Source: Felis catus
Taxonomy: Eukaryota
NCBI RefSeq assembly: GCF_018350175.1
Contig: NC_058368.1
Location: 57,042,001 to 57,106,000 of the forward strand
DNA: 64,000 bases
Reading direction: 5' to 3'
Shown here: positions 37,237 through 49,687 of the stretch, in pieces
How the letters are laid out: each line of letters begins with the position of its first letter
Numbering within the stretch: the first letter of the stretch is position 1
Translations under genes and position numbers: made by a program
Notes under the pieces: model-generated
Databases searched by the model: none
The model's input: the letters and a program-made list of their open reading frames with translations, nothing else
What the model was told of the DNA's origin: nothing

Positions 37237-37441
37237 GGGGTGCTTGGGTGGCTCAGTTGGTTAGACGTCTAACTGATATCCATTTGTTTTCCACTCACGT
37301 CATGATTTCAGTCTGTGGGATGGAGCCCCATGTCAGGCTCCACTGTGAGTGTAGAGCCTGCTTGGGATTCTCTCTCTCCCTCTCTACTTGCCCCTCTGCT
37401 ACTTGCATGCACATTCTTGCTCTCAAAATAAATAAATAAAT
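37237..37441 (+). mobile_element. CanSINE, older
   Basis: Imperfect TSD aaaattaagtctt / aaaattaggcctt. Confidence 0.9.
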
Positions 37442-38431
37442 AAAATTAGGCCTTTAAATTGCACATACAAAAAATCATTGAATAGGCATTTCTGGAAATG
37501 AAATGATAAATCATTTTTTTCAGAGTTATGTTATTGCTATGATTTGATGTAATAATGGAGACATTGATTTACTCCAGAGTTATATTTTTATGTATACAAT
37601 GGAGAATAGAGCATTTATTTATTGCTCTATTTATGTCCACATATACTCAGTTTATGTCCACATTGGTTGACTCTGTTTTAGTCAAATGAATCAGTCACCA
37701 TCATGAGATACAGAGGTACAAAGAGTGAGAGAAGAAAGGGAGAGAGGGAGAAAAAATTAGAATTGAAATTTTAGTAAACTCCACTGAACCAGGCTAAACC
37801 TAGAGAGCATATTATTATAGACCGTATTTCTCTCCCAATGTAACTCAGAAACACTAGTCAAGATTTGCTTCTTTGTGAAAGGAAAGGTTGAAATTAAGAA
37901 TAGCAATGTTCATCATGTATAGCAAGGGTAAACAATAAGCCCTCCTAATACAAATCAATTAGTCAAGGAACACAAATTTTGTTCTTTAATTATTTTTGTC
38001 TCGAGTGGCTGAATTCTTTAAGCCTAGAGTTACAAGGCATAAACTTTGTCCAAAGAAAGCAACTGAAATATGAAGTGAAAGAGCATTTCCTAATTTATCT
38101 GTCTTTTCTAATTCCAACTAGGATACACTTGTTCCTTATTTTTTGTCATAATCATGGTAGGAAGTGAATATATGTGAAAAAGTTGAAAATGATGATGAAG
38201 AAGTCATTCATAGTGAGATGGGTCAAGACCTCCTTGCATCTAACAATGGGCCTCACTGGGTACTTCTTCAATTAATGTGAAATAAGTCCTGGGGCTCCTT
38301 ATAAAATTTTGGTACACTATTGTCAAATGATGTTTGTATAATTCTCTCAGTTGCTCACTGAAACACAATTTTGTAAAAACACAACATATATACAGGCATA
38401 AATTTTAACCGCATGGGAACTTTCAAATTCA

Positions 38432-38433
<2 letters not shown>

Positions 38434-38477
<44 letters not shown>
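38434..38477. repeat. (TA)n microsatellite
   Basis: Visible run of about 22 units. Confidence 0.97.
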
Positions 38478-38480
<3 letters not shown>

Positions 38481-38661
38481 GTTAGATAATATTCATATAT
38501 AACTTTTAAGTTCCCAATTTGGAGCCAGACTGACCTTTTAAATATACTAGGTATAAATATAATTTTATAATTTTAATTAAAATATTATTTTTGGTTTTGC
38601 ACCTATTTAGTTGAAAAGAATTATCTATTGTAGAAATGTATCTAAAATGATGCTGGTGCTC

Positions 38662-38730
38662 TTTCTATTTCTATTTCTATTTATTTCTATTTCTATTTCT
38701 ATTTATTTCTAATTTCTATTTCTATTTCTT
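38662..38730. repeat. (TTTCTA)n simple repeat
   Basis: Visible imperfect hexamer run. Confidence 0.9.
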
Positions 38731-39769
38731 TTCCAGCTTGCTTTATCTTAGAAATTCTCATTTAATACATGGTGAACTGGATCTCCAACACTGAACATGA
38801 TGCTCCTGACCTTCTCACACTCTTTGTAGCCTGACCTCAAGAAAATTCTACACCATTTAGAACCAGTTCAGTTGTTAACAGCATCTCAGAGAATGATATG
38901 AATTCTCTAGGTAACATGATTAGAAGATACTGATTTTATCCTTCAAAAATACTTATTGAAATTTTACACATTCTATAATGAATACAATGTTGTTCATTAT
39001 AATATATTTGAGTTTTCATGCTTCCCTTGAGATGCATGCATGTATGATCAGAGGTTTGCTTCACAAGAGAAAGAAGGGGTAGAATGGAAGCTGGCTAGAC
39101 AAACATAGGAACCTTCATAACCACAGCTACTAAGCATGCAGCTATTGATTGATCTGTCTGTATTTGCATAACTGTCATTTCATTTTGGATTTATTATATT
39201 TAAAGCAAATAAAAATAATTTGATACTTTATAAATTATTAATAACTTGCCTATTAACTCTGTTAATCATCAGCTACCTATTTGGTTAACTTTGTAAATTC
39301 CTATTTCATTACATTTAGAATCCTTAACTATTTAAGACAATTCTTAACAATAAGTGACTTTTTTTTCCCTAACTAGGTATATAAATACCCACATATTAAA
39401 GAGATCATTGAACAACCATTTCTCACCATTGCTATTGAGGTTTGAAAGCTCAGGGGTGGTCATGACATTAAAGGAAACACTGGTATTTGTTTCCATTTAT
39501 ACTTTTAGAGTATTGTATATTAACAAAATTATATTAATAATATAATTTTTAGGTTTTTAGGTGCTTTATTTGAGAATTTTTAATAGTTTATGGAGACTAC
39601 ATGAGCATAACGAATACTTAATAACATAGTTTATCATTCACTGTCCATTTTGGTTACTTAAAACTTCATTCAGTTTCTAGTTGTTTGACAATTTAGTCAC
39701 ATATTATACAGGTACTTATGCCATTGGTTATTGGCAGGAAAGAGTCAAAAGTGTTGGTATAGATATTCA

Positions 39770-40090
39770 TATGTGTAGCAAATAGCAATGGAAATGAACC
39801 AAGCACTGCTTTATGTAGAAAGAGGTACAAACCTCACACAAAGATATCTGGAGCTAGATATGCTATACACAAAAGATAACATGTTATATGATTCCATTGA
39901 GATAAAGCTGAAAAGTGAAAGTAATCTATGGCATTGGAGGTTATGCTAATGCCTGGAACTTGATGTAAAGGTGTATCTATGGAGTTAGCAATGTTCTATT
40001 TCTTGACGAGTATGTAGTTATACAGATGTGAAAATCACCACTTACAAAATACGTATTTTTGTGTATTAAATTTAGTTTAAAATATATAAT
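39770..40090 (+). mobile_element. Old L1M 3' UTR fragment
   Basis: acacaaaaga..atgttatatgattccatt; gcaatgttctatttcttga. Confidence 0.6.
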
Positions 40091-40324
40091 AAAAGTATTA
40101 GAAGCAGAATGCTCTTTGTAAAAAATCTTTCAAAAATCAGGTACAGTGGCTTTTTGAACTTCATTGTAAAAGATACAAAAGAATTGACTCGTGTTGTGAA
40201 AACAATCAAAGTTAAAAATATGGATTTTTACCACATGGAATATTAAACATAATAAATACATCTTCTAATTACTGTTAAAATGATATTTATGAAGATTTGT
40301 AAGAATTTTTATGCTAAACTTTTA

Positions 40325-40532
40325 GTTACTTATTTTAATTTTTTAAAGTTTATTTATTTTGAGAGAGAGAGAGAGAGCAGGAGAGGGGCAGAGAGAGAGG
40401 GGGACAGAATCCTAAGCAGGCTCTGCACCATCAGCACAAAGCCTGATGCGGGGCTCAAACCCACGAATGATGAGATCACGACTGGAGCTGAAATCAAGAG
40501 TCAGGCGCTTAACTGAGCCACACAGGCACCCC
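40325..40532 (-). mobile_element. CanSINE
   Basis: TSD tatg(c/t)taaactttta at 40310-40324 and 40535-40549. Confidence 0.94.
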
Positions 40533-40922
40533 AGTATGTTAAACTTTTAAAGTGAAATAAAGGGGCACTAAATATTTAGTAACATAAAATAAAATTTTAA
40601 AAAATGAATACAATAGTCATCTTTATATTATATTAACATGCCTTCTTTTTCTTTTTCTACTGTATGCTTTTTTGTATCTTTAAATTTTCTCAAATTAACA
40701 GATTTGAGAAATTTATAACCTAAAACCATGTCATAAAAGTGCTCATTTCCATTTATCTAATGAATTGAAGACAGGATTTTATTATGTGTAAAATATCTGC
40801 TATACTGGAAAAATATGTAATTTCTTACCATATATTATTTATAATAGAGGAATTTGATGAATGATTAAGGAATACATGATATTCATCTAAAGAATAGCAA
40901 TACGGTTATTATTAAATTTTAG

Positions 40923-41140
40923 GGGGTGCCTGGGTGGCTCAGTCGGTTGAGGGTCCGACTTCGGCTCAGGTCATGATCTCACGGTCCGTGGGTTCGAGCC
41001 CCGCGTCGGGCTCTGTGCTGACAGCTCAGAGCCTGGAGCCTGTTTCAGATTCTGTGTCTCCCTCTCTCTCTGCCCTTCCCCTGTTCATGCTCTGTCTCTC
41101 TCTGTCTCAAAAATAAATAAACATTAAAAGAATTTTTTTA
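40923..41140 (+). mobile_element. CanSINE (SINEC_Fc), fairly young
   Basis: CpG-rich consensus-like body. Confidence 0.96.
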
Positions 41141-41170
41141 AACATTTTAAATACATAATATACACTTTTT

Positions 41171-41370
41171 AAAATGTTCCTTTTCTTGTTTTGTTTTTTT
41201 TTTTTTTGGGAGACAGAGCAGTCTGGGGAGGGGCAGAGGGGGACAGAGGATTCTAAGCAGGCTTTGCACTGACAGCAACAAGACTGATGTGGGGCTTGAA
41301 CTCACAAACCATGAGATCACGACCTGAGCCAATGTCAGACACTCAATCGACTGAGCCACTCAGATGCTCC
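41171..41370 (-). mobile_element. CanSINE, older
   Basis: Reverse SINE with T tail; imperfect TSD cataatat...ttttt. Confidence 0.92.
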
Positions 41371-42169
41371 CATAATATGTAATTTTTCATTGAGAACCAT
41401 TTATGAAATATCAACTAACTCATATGCTAATGGTCTGTTAAAGTCCATGTCACAATAATTATGGTTCCCTAATGAAGGCACATAATCAAAGCTTTATTAT
41501 GAGGGTAAGCATGTATAAGAAAGGTATAGACATTCCAAAATCTCAAACTGGAAAAAAGTGAGTATTAAGGGTTCTTTTGCCCCAAAACCCTTGTAATCAC
41601 CTTTTTTGGATAGTAACAAATTCTTGAGTTTTACTTCTATCATAAAGAAACGGAAGCTGGGGAAGTTATTTCTTGTGCTTGATTGGTCAACAGTGCTACA
41701 GTCTTGGTGCACTAGCTACTGTACCTGCATCAGAACACTCACAATAGGTGAATTTTTCATGAATCTCTTGCTTGAATTAAGGGCGGGAAGGAGGGCAACC
41801 TCCACCTCTGATCACTGTACCCCAATCCATAGACATCTGTTTGTAACAGCTCATTGCTAGGTTGGGATGACCCAGAAAACAGTGTTTATTAGTTATTCAA
41901 ATAGATTTTTCTAATTGAATGATAACATTGTGTTGAATATTTGTTTAGATGACAAAACAAATATGCAATCCCAGGCTTCCTGCCTTTCAATTCAGATTTA
42001 ATCGAGTATGGTCTTGGCAAGGGGATTGAGAAACGCTCCTTCTAAAGCAGTTAATCTCAACTCCTGTTTCTTTTTTAAGAATAACAATGTAGAGGAATAC
42101 CTCAGGGCAATGAAATAACTGTTTGAGGGAATAAAGCCAGGCAGTTGCTAAGAATGTTAAAATCTAAAA

Positions 42170-42332
42170 ACACTGGTTTTCAACATGCTACCACTGGAGT
42201 AGCTGAATAGATGTCACCTAGGAACTTGCATGAAAAAAAAATCAACTTCATTAGAAATTCTGGAGGTGGGACCCAGTAGTGTTAGCAAGCTCTGAAGGTG
42301 AGTTGCTCCATGGTATAGTTTGAGAGCTATAG
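42170..42332. mobile_element. MER5A-like hAT-Charlie element
   Basis: cactggttttcaac..tcacctaggaacttg..agaaattctggaggtgggacccag..agtttgagagctat. Confidence 0.7.
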
Positions 42333-44964
42333 GTGTAGATTGGTACATAAAAGAGTGATTCTGTATTTTGTGTGGATATTGGCTTTAAACTTACCACAAG
42401 AGTAAATTAAAATGAGTCCTTGAGTAGAGAATTAAATTCACTGTAAAAATTCTGTCTAGAAAAATGATGTCTATATGCAAATAACTAGGCACAGGTCCTT
42501 ACATAATCTCTTATTTATAAAGGTCTACAACACTGTTGTTAGTAGGCTAGTGTAGAAAAAAGAGACGACTAAGTTAAATTATTGTTTTAAATTTATATGA
42601 CACTATTCATATTATTCAAGCTTTTTGACAGTCACTTGTTTAACTTTATCCTCAAATTCACCAAGAAAGTGATCTGGAAATATCACATATGCTTTTTATG
42701 GACTGGAAAGGAGACCAAAGTTTTTGATGAAATTACTTAAAATTTCATGGTTAAGAATGAGCAGGGCCAGAATTTCTGATTTTGAATCTGATATTCTGAT
42801 GGATGTATTTTAAGAAAAAATGGAAGGGAGGATCAATTTTTGCTTGACAGGCATAACCACTCATGAAATTTATCATGTGTATGTGTGTGTGTGCTATTAG
42901 ATTCCCCACCATTACAGAAAAGGAAACTGAGCTTTTATGTGAAGCTCAGAGCTATAATTAAAACAATCAAATTCAGGATCTCTAAAAAGATTCTGAATAG
43001 ATTGCAGATTGCTTAAAAGCAGAATATAATCAAGCAAATTCAGAGAGGATTTAATAAAAACTTCTCCTGTCTTAATTATATGTACCAGTTCAATGGAGAG
43101 CCTTTAATAAAGAGGGATCATCTTGTTTTGCTTTTAGCAGAGACTCATTATCTTGCCATTTGTCATAACAAATATTTATTCTAAAATTTGTATGTGACCG
43201 ACCTTATAACTTTTCTCTCTGTGCAAACTATCTGCATCTGAATTTCCCTTCAACAACAAAAGGATAATTCAAAGCTCACTGGGTTTCCCGTTATCTACAT
43301 TTTTGGGGTCTGTACACAAAAGTGAGAGACTGTACCCTTAATTACCACCACTTGACTTCTATCAAAATATAATTTGTTTCAACTATGTAGAAATAGAAAT
43401 AAGTGAACCAGGTTATAAACTAAATTGACAGCATGGACCATATATTATTCTTTCTGTTCACATATTACATTGAATATGTTACATTGTTTAAAACTTAACT
43501 TTAGTACCTGCATCAATGTATGTAGAATTTTCATGACAGAAAAATTAAATTAAATTGAACTGGATATCTATTCTATGCCAGGCATTATGCTAGATCCTAG
43601 GAACTCCCTGGTGAATAAAAAAGATATTGCCCTTCGTGGCAAAGACTGATAATGAACAAATAATTTAGGTGTCATAGATGTTATAACTGTGGAAATACAA
43701 AAGGACTATGGATCCAACCTAGATAAAACAGGTAAGTTCTTCTAGAGCGAATTGCATAAGACCTGAGACCTAAAAGTGAGTTGTTAGATATCTAAATGAA
43801 GTAGGTATGGAAGAGAGATTTTGTTCACTGAGAAGAGCATGTTCAAAAGCATGGAGAATGTGGCTTATTCTGAGAACACATGGGTAAAAAGCAGGGGTGG
43901 AAGTGTAGGGTAAGTACTGTCAAAAGTGTACTGAAGAAAAAAGAAGAGGCCATTTACAAGGCCTTGAAGGCCAGATATAGGCCTTTACCCAAAGGTGGAA
44001 AAAAAGAAGAAATAGAATATACTTTTATTTTTAAAAAAAATATTGAACAGGGATAAGAGAATAGAAATAAATTGAGAGGTTTTGTGGGATAAGATGAAAA
44101 CCAGAGCTTGAAGAGGAAGATTAATTAGCCCTGGGGAAAGAAGAAAATATGGAGATTAATATGGGAGAGTTATCGCTAAGGAATTTGAAGGCTGTGACAA
44201 TAATGTGATGCTTGTAACTTAATATCTAATATGTAAGGGAGAGCTGTGAATGTGTCTCCTTTCTTACAGATGAAATAAGTTTGCAACTTCAAACTTTATA
44301 CCTGATCTAGGTGGAGCACCTTAATTTTTTTTTTCCCTTCTATACTTTTCTCACCTCTCCGTCCACATACAATATGCTCTCTTTCTACTCTTTGTGAAAC
44401 TAAGACTAATCTTGATTTATGGCTATCTTCAATTTGCAATTTTTTTCTGTGAAAATAGTCTATGAATCATACTTTGGATAGAATTGAAAATGCTTTTCAT
44501 GACATAGTTAATACCATACATTTTGGAATTTTTTCCCACTTTATTTAGAAATCTCTTATGATCAGAATCACAAGAACAAGATGGTAAAGGGATCTGTGGG
44601 GCATACTAGTTCATGATCCTCCCCCTGCACAACTACAGAAATTCTGTGTTGCATGGTAGATGGAAGTTAGACGCAAAAAACCTGAGCCTAAATTCCAGGC
44701 TTTATAAACTTGGGCAAGCTGTTTAAGCTTCTTAAGCCTCAGTGACTATCTGAAAAATATTGAAAACAATATCTGCTTTTAACATAACATATATAAAGTA
44801 TATATTACCAACAATGAACAATAAATGTTAAATTTTTTCTATAAAATATTAGGACTAGGTTTTTGTTGTCAGTTGTTCATTACTATTTGTTAAGAAGTAT
44901 TACCGTTAGAGCACATCACTACAACATTAATGTTAGTAAGTGTTATTATAAACAAGGATCACTG

Positions 44965-45184
44965 GGGGCGCCTGGGTGGCTCAGTCGGTTAAGCGTCCGA
45001 CTTCCGCTCAGGTCACAATCTCACGGTCCGTGAGTTCGAGCCCCGCATCGGGCTCTGGGCTGATGGTTCAGAGCCTGGAGCCTGCTTCGGATTCTGTGTC
45101 TCCCTCTCTCTCTGCCCCTCCCCCGTTCATGCTCTGTCTCTCTCTGTCTCAAAAATAAATAAACTTTAAAAAATTAAAAAAAAA
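44965..45184 (+). mobile_element. Young CanSINE (SINEC_Fc)
   Basis: Perfect TSD aaacaaggatcactg at 44950-44964 and 45185-45199. Confidence 0.97.
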
Positions 45185-46928
45185 AAACAAGGATCACTGG
45201 TTTTAAGGGCAGACTAGGAAACATAATTTTGCAGACATAATTGTTTATAATTTAATGGCTTGCAATATATTTTATTTTAAAAATGGAAGTCTTACTAAAA
45301 GAGTCTTATCAAAGAGTGCCATGATATTCCTACAGTATCTAATATGTGCACTGTGCTCGATGTGCAATTTATACTCATTATCTAAATCTGAAAACAACTG
45401 TTATTGCAAACCACAAAGTAACTGAAACCTTTAGGGTTTGAATAACTCTTTCAAGTTCACTCACCTAATGCTTACTGGAAATGAGCTTTTGAACAAGGCC
45501 TATTTGGTGCCACAGACCACCCTCTCTACATCATAAATCAAGAAAAGAAATTCCACAAAATCTTTTAAGATGAGACCGAACAAGAACTTCCAACCAGGAA
45601 CTTGAGAGATACACTTCCAGGAAGAATAGCACTCTAAGTTGCTTTGCTACAGGCAAGTAATGAAGTCTTTGTTGTCCAAATCTTCAAAGTCCTTGTGATT
45701 GACTTTTATCGCACTATAAAAATGAATTTATTTACATGCCTTAAGTCCAAAGTCTCTTTTCCTTAGGGATTATACATATGAAGAAGCTATGTGTTGTGGA
45801 GATTATTTTCCCCACTGTCTTCTGTGGGAATTGGACACAGACGTCTAGGCTGTGGGGTGCATATTCCATAGACTACTCAAGAATGTAAAAAAATAATAAT
45901 TTACCATCCACCAAATTAATGTTCTGCAGTAGTAGGGAAAATAAACCTATGACACATTTGATTCTGCTGGCTCTGACTTAATTACCTCAAGACTCAAGAC
46001 CCAGTATTGAAGATGTTATAAGTTCTAGATGGTCCTCCACTATCACTACCAAGTTACAAAATCCCTTTATATATTAAGCCAACACAAAATATTCCTCACA
46101 TGCTACACATTGGTGAAAGTAGCTTCCATTTCACTGCTATCTCTCTGGAAACTGTCAAAATAATAAAACGTAACTGCCATCTAAATTACTCTGTGACCTA
46201 TTTGCTTTAGGCAATAAAAAAATATAACAATGATTACATGTATTTTATAGTCTCTCTAATTTTTAGACACAGTAGCAACACTGCCAAAATAGCACGATGA
46301 AGTAGATTGGAGAAGAATCCTTTACACAGACCCTCTCATTTGGGACTGTGTTTACATTATGCATGATAGAAGCAGGTGTTTGCAAGATACAAGTTCACAC
46401 ACGCACACAAATTTACATAGGTGCTAAATAATTAAATAGTTACATTTGGTATGCTGTACATAGAGCAGTAGCACAGATGAGTTTGCAACATTAAAGGCTT
46501 TTGGATTGTGGAGTTATAGTCTGGTATTCAGATTGTTGATGGATTTTTAGTGTAGGAACAGGGAAGAGCTAACTGTACTGATGATTTTCAGATTCCACAC
46601 CCCCGCTATTTCTCATCTGCTGAAGTGAAAATCATAATATTGCACTGAAGCTGAGCATTAAATTCTTCAGTTCATTTGCATTCACCTCTCCCCTGAGTCC
46701 TATTGTCCTCTCTCTTTTTATGTTATAGCACATGATTAATTTATTCACTCACAATTACACTCGAAACAAAGCTTAAATTTAAGAGGTAACTTGTTTTAAA
46801 GAGGAGAGGTGAAGACACTGCCTTTAGATGATGAGTTCAGCCCGAAATTTAGTTAATAATAAGAACTTTATGGTATGAGAGTTTTGAGCATGGAGTAAAG
46901 GAAATCTCATTTAAAATGGAGTGGCGAT

Positions 46929-47139
46929 GGGGCGCCTGGGTGGCTCAGTCGGTTAAGCCTCCGACTTCAACTCAGGTCACGATCTCGCAGTCTGTGAGTT
47001 TGAGCCCCATGTCGGGCTCTGGGCTGATGGCCTGGAGCCTGCTTCGGATTCTGTGTCTCCCTCGCTCTCTGCCCCTCCCCCGTTCATGCTCTGTCTCTCT
47101 CTGTCTCAAAAATAAACGTTAAAAAAAAATTAAAAAAAT
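46929..47139 (+). mobile_element. CanSINE (left member of a tandem pair)
   Basis: Perfect TSD aaaatggagtggcga at 46913-46927 and 47140-47154. Confidence 0.96.
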
Positions 47140-47154
47140 AAAATGGAGTGGCGA

Positions 47155-47370
47155 GCGTGCCTGGGTGGCTCAGTCGGTTAAGCCTCCGACTTCAACTCAA
47201 GTCACGATCTCGAGGTCCATGAGTTCGAGCCCCGCGTCGGACTCTGTGCAGCTAGCTCAGGGCCTGGAGCTTGTTTCGGATTCTGTGTCTCCCTCTCTGC
47301 TCCTTCCCTGCTCACACTTTGTCTCTCTCTCAAAAATAAATAAAGATTACAAATAAATAAATAAATAAAT
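47155..47370 (+). mobile_element. CanSINE (right member of a tandem pair)
   Basis: Full SINE; degenerate third target copy aaagtgaagtggggg at 47371-47385. Confidence 0.94.
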
Positions 47371-47499
47371 AAAGTGAAGTGGGGGAAGTCCTGAAGGGGG
47401 CGCTCTCACACGTACCAGTACTTGCAGTTTGCCTAATCAGCGGGAAAATACAATTTTTACACTGAAGAGTTTCACATAGGAATTTTATTTCCCACCTTT

Positions 47500-47763
47500 G
47501 AAAAAAGTAAGGCAGATCTCTACGTGCCCCAGCAACAACACACTACCACTTGTAGCCAATGAGAAACTGCCACAACTTCATTATTGCTGTTCTCCAGTGA
47601 ACTCCTGTTAAAAATAACCTTTCCCAATTTCCTCCTAAAAGCTACTAAAGCTGACCTTCTCTTGGCCTCTTCGAACTTGACTGTTGTTTGCCATAGTTTG
47701 CTTGTCTCAAATAAACTCATTTTGCTAGCAAAATAACTGGCCATTTTATTTTTAGGGTTGACA
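47500..47763 (+). mobile_element. ERV1-class LTR 3' part (MER34-like)
   Basis: CCAAT (agccaatgag), aaataaactcattttgct..aaaataactggc..ttttagggttgaca terminus. Confidence 0.6.
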
Positions 47764-49649
47764 GTCTTACATATTGTAAAGTATCTATGTATTAGACCAT
47801 TTGGTGATATTTGTGTATATGTTATTACAAAGACATAGGGCAGTCATATTTGTAATTTTATGGCAAATAAAATATATATTTGCATAGAGATAACTTGACT
47901 TACCTAAAGCTTTAGCATTTTAGCCATATTTTTCTGTTAAGTATTTGCTATTAATTTGAAGATTCTAGCTCCTATTATTATTATCATTATAAATCTCTTT
48001 CAGGAAATGTGATTTTCAAGTGAAAATCACATAGCATATAAAATTTCAATAATTTAATCATCATATCATTTTTAGGAAAATAAATCTGGAAAATAAATCT
48101 GAAATCCAGGAATTTTTACTATAGCAAAATAATTTTAAAAAAATATTTAAATTTGATGAATGATGAAATTATCACAATATTAGTGTCTTTATATAGTTCT
48201 GTTTTTATGAAGTTTATCTGGGACTCAAAATTAACAGATTGTTATTAATGATGTTGATCATTCTTCATTCTTTATGTATATGTATATACTGATATATATT
48301 TATAGACACAATTTTTAAAAGTATATACATTTACATATATATGCATTTCTTGATGCCTCTCACAGAATGCCTAATCCTACAGCAATCACACATAGAAAAC
48401 ACAACCACCTGAAATAAAAAATAATATCTCCTTTATCACTTTTATACAGACTTATCAATGTATTTTCTATTATCTATTTGGTAGTATAGATCCTGGGAAT
48501 ATTAAGTGATACAGAGAGGTATTTCTTAGTAGAGTTTTATGTTCTACTGACATTCATCTCTAATACTACTATTTTGTTTTTGGTAATTTCCTTATATTTA
48601 TTTATTTTCAAAGCCATAGTAACCCATCATTCCTCTACGGTTTCAAATAGTATCCAAAGTAACCAGACCTATTGGCATTTTTCTGTTAATGTCATCTATA
48701 TTATAAGTTCCATGGTTTTAACGGCAAATACTGAGATAGTAATGTAGGGTTGTATCATGTAGCGAAGCATTTTGATTTCCCTTATAACCCAGCACTTTCT
48801 TCAGAGGAGATACCACTCCTCTGTACCACTACTTACTACTATTCATCTCTGTTTACAGTTATTATGTATAAGTATGGAGATTAAGTGTATCTGTGCTGAA
48901 AAACTGCCACACTCCTCAAATACATTTGTAAAAAAGCAGTTTCTAAATAACACATATGTCAGTAGTGTGAATGGAGAAGACATCTTATGCATGCCTTTAA
49001 ATGTCAGTGAAAACATGTGCAGGTGTTTGGGTGACGCGGGGCAACAGGGAAAGCTCCTTAAATCAGGCTCATCCGTCCCTTTGCCCTTCTTTTTGTATTC
49101 ACTTATTTTTTAATTGTTTCCATAAATGTGTAGATATTTGTTTTTCCACTACAGTCCTACAGAATTAAAGGGTATTCTTAGGATTAAGAATTACAAAACA
49201 AAAATAAATAAATATATTTTTTAGAGAATTTCTGAAATCCTAGAAAAATCTTTTAAGGTAGTAAATTTCCCCCCAATGGGACTTTTTTCCCTTTTCCTTT
49301 CCCAGTTCGAGCAACACGAAACTGTGCTATAATTTCCCAGATTTCCTACAATACTGTTTTTTGTTTTGGTTGATCTTCACTGTTGTGAGCACAGTGCTGT
49401 TTGTTTGACATATGCAAGAACTGTATCTGATTATTCATAGAACACAAAACAGCTTCATGGAAAAGTCTGAAATGTCTAAGCAATAAAGTATTGTGGTGCA
49501 CTGATACTATAGGTAAGGGAATTTTCCTTAGTGGGATTGTCCATCTATTGATAGATATTTTAGCACAGAAGGCACATACCTCCTTACCATTCATTTATAT
49601 ACAAATATAAACTAATTATAGAATATAAAGTCAATGCATTTATAAAAAC

Positions 49650-49687
49650 ACAAACTTTCTTAGTGGGAACAAACTTTCTTAGTGGGA
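49650..49687. repeat. Perfect 19-bp tandem duplication acaaactttcttagtggga x2
   Basis: Directly visible. Confidence 0.95.

Noticed and set aside
41670..41830. CCAAT boxes (41681, 41822) and a GC box (~41781) as a promoter
   Set aside because: Isolated short motifs, no CpG island and no downstream gene evidence
48772..49594. 113-aa (+) and 82-aa (-) ORFs in unique sequence
   Set aside because: No recognisable motif and no consistent splice boundaries; within chance expectation
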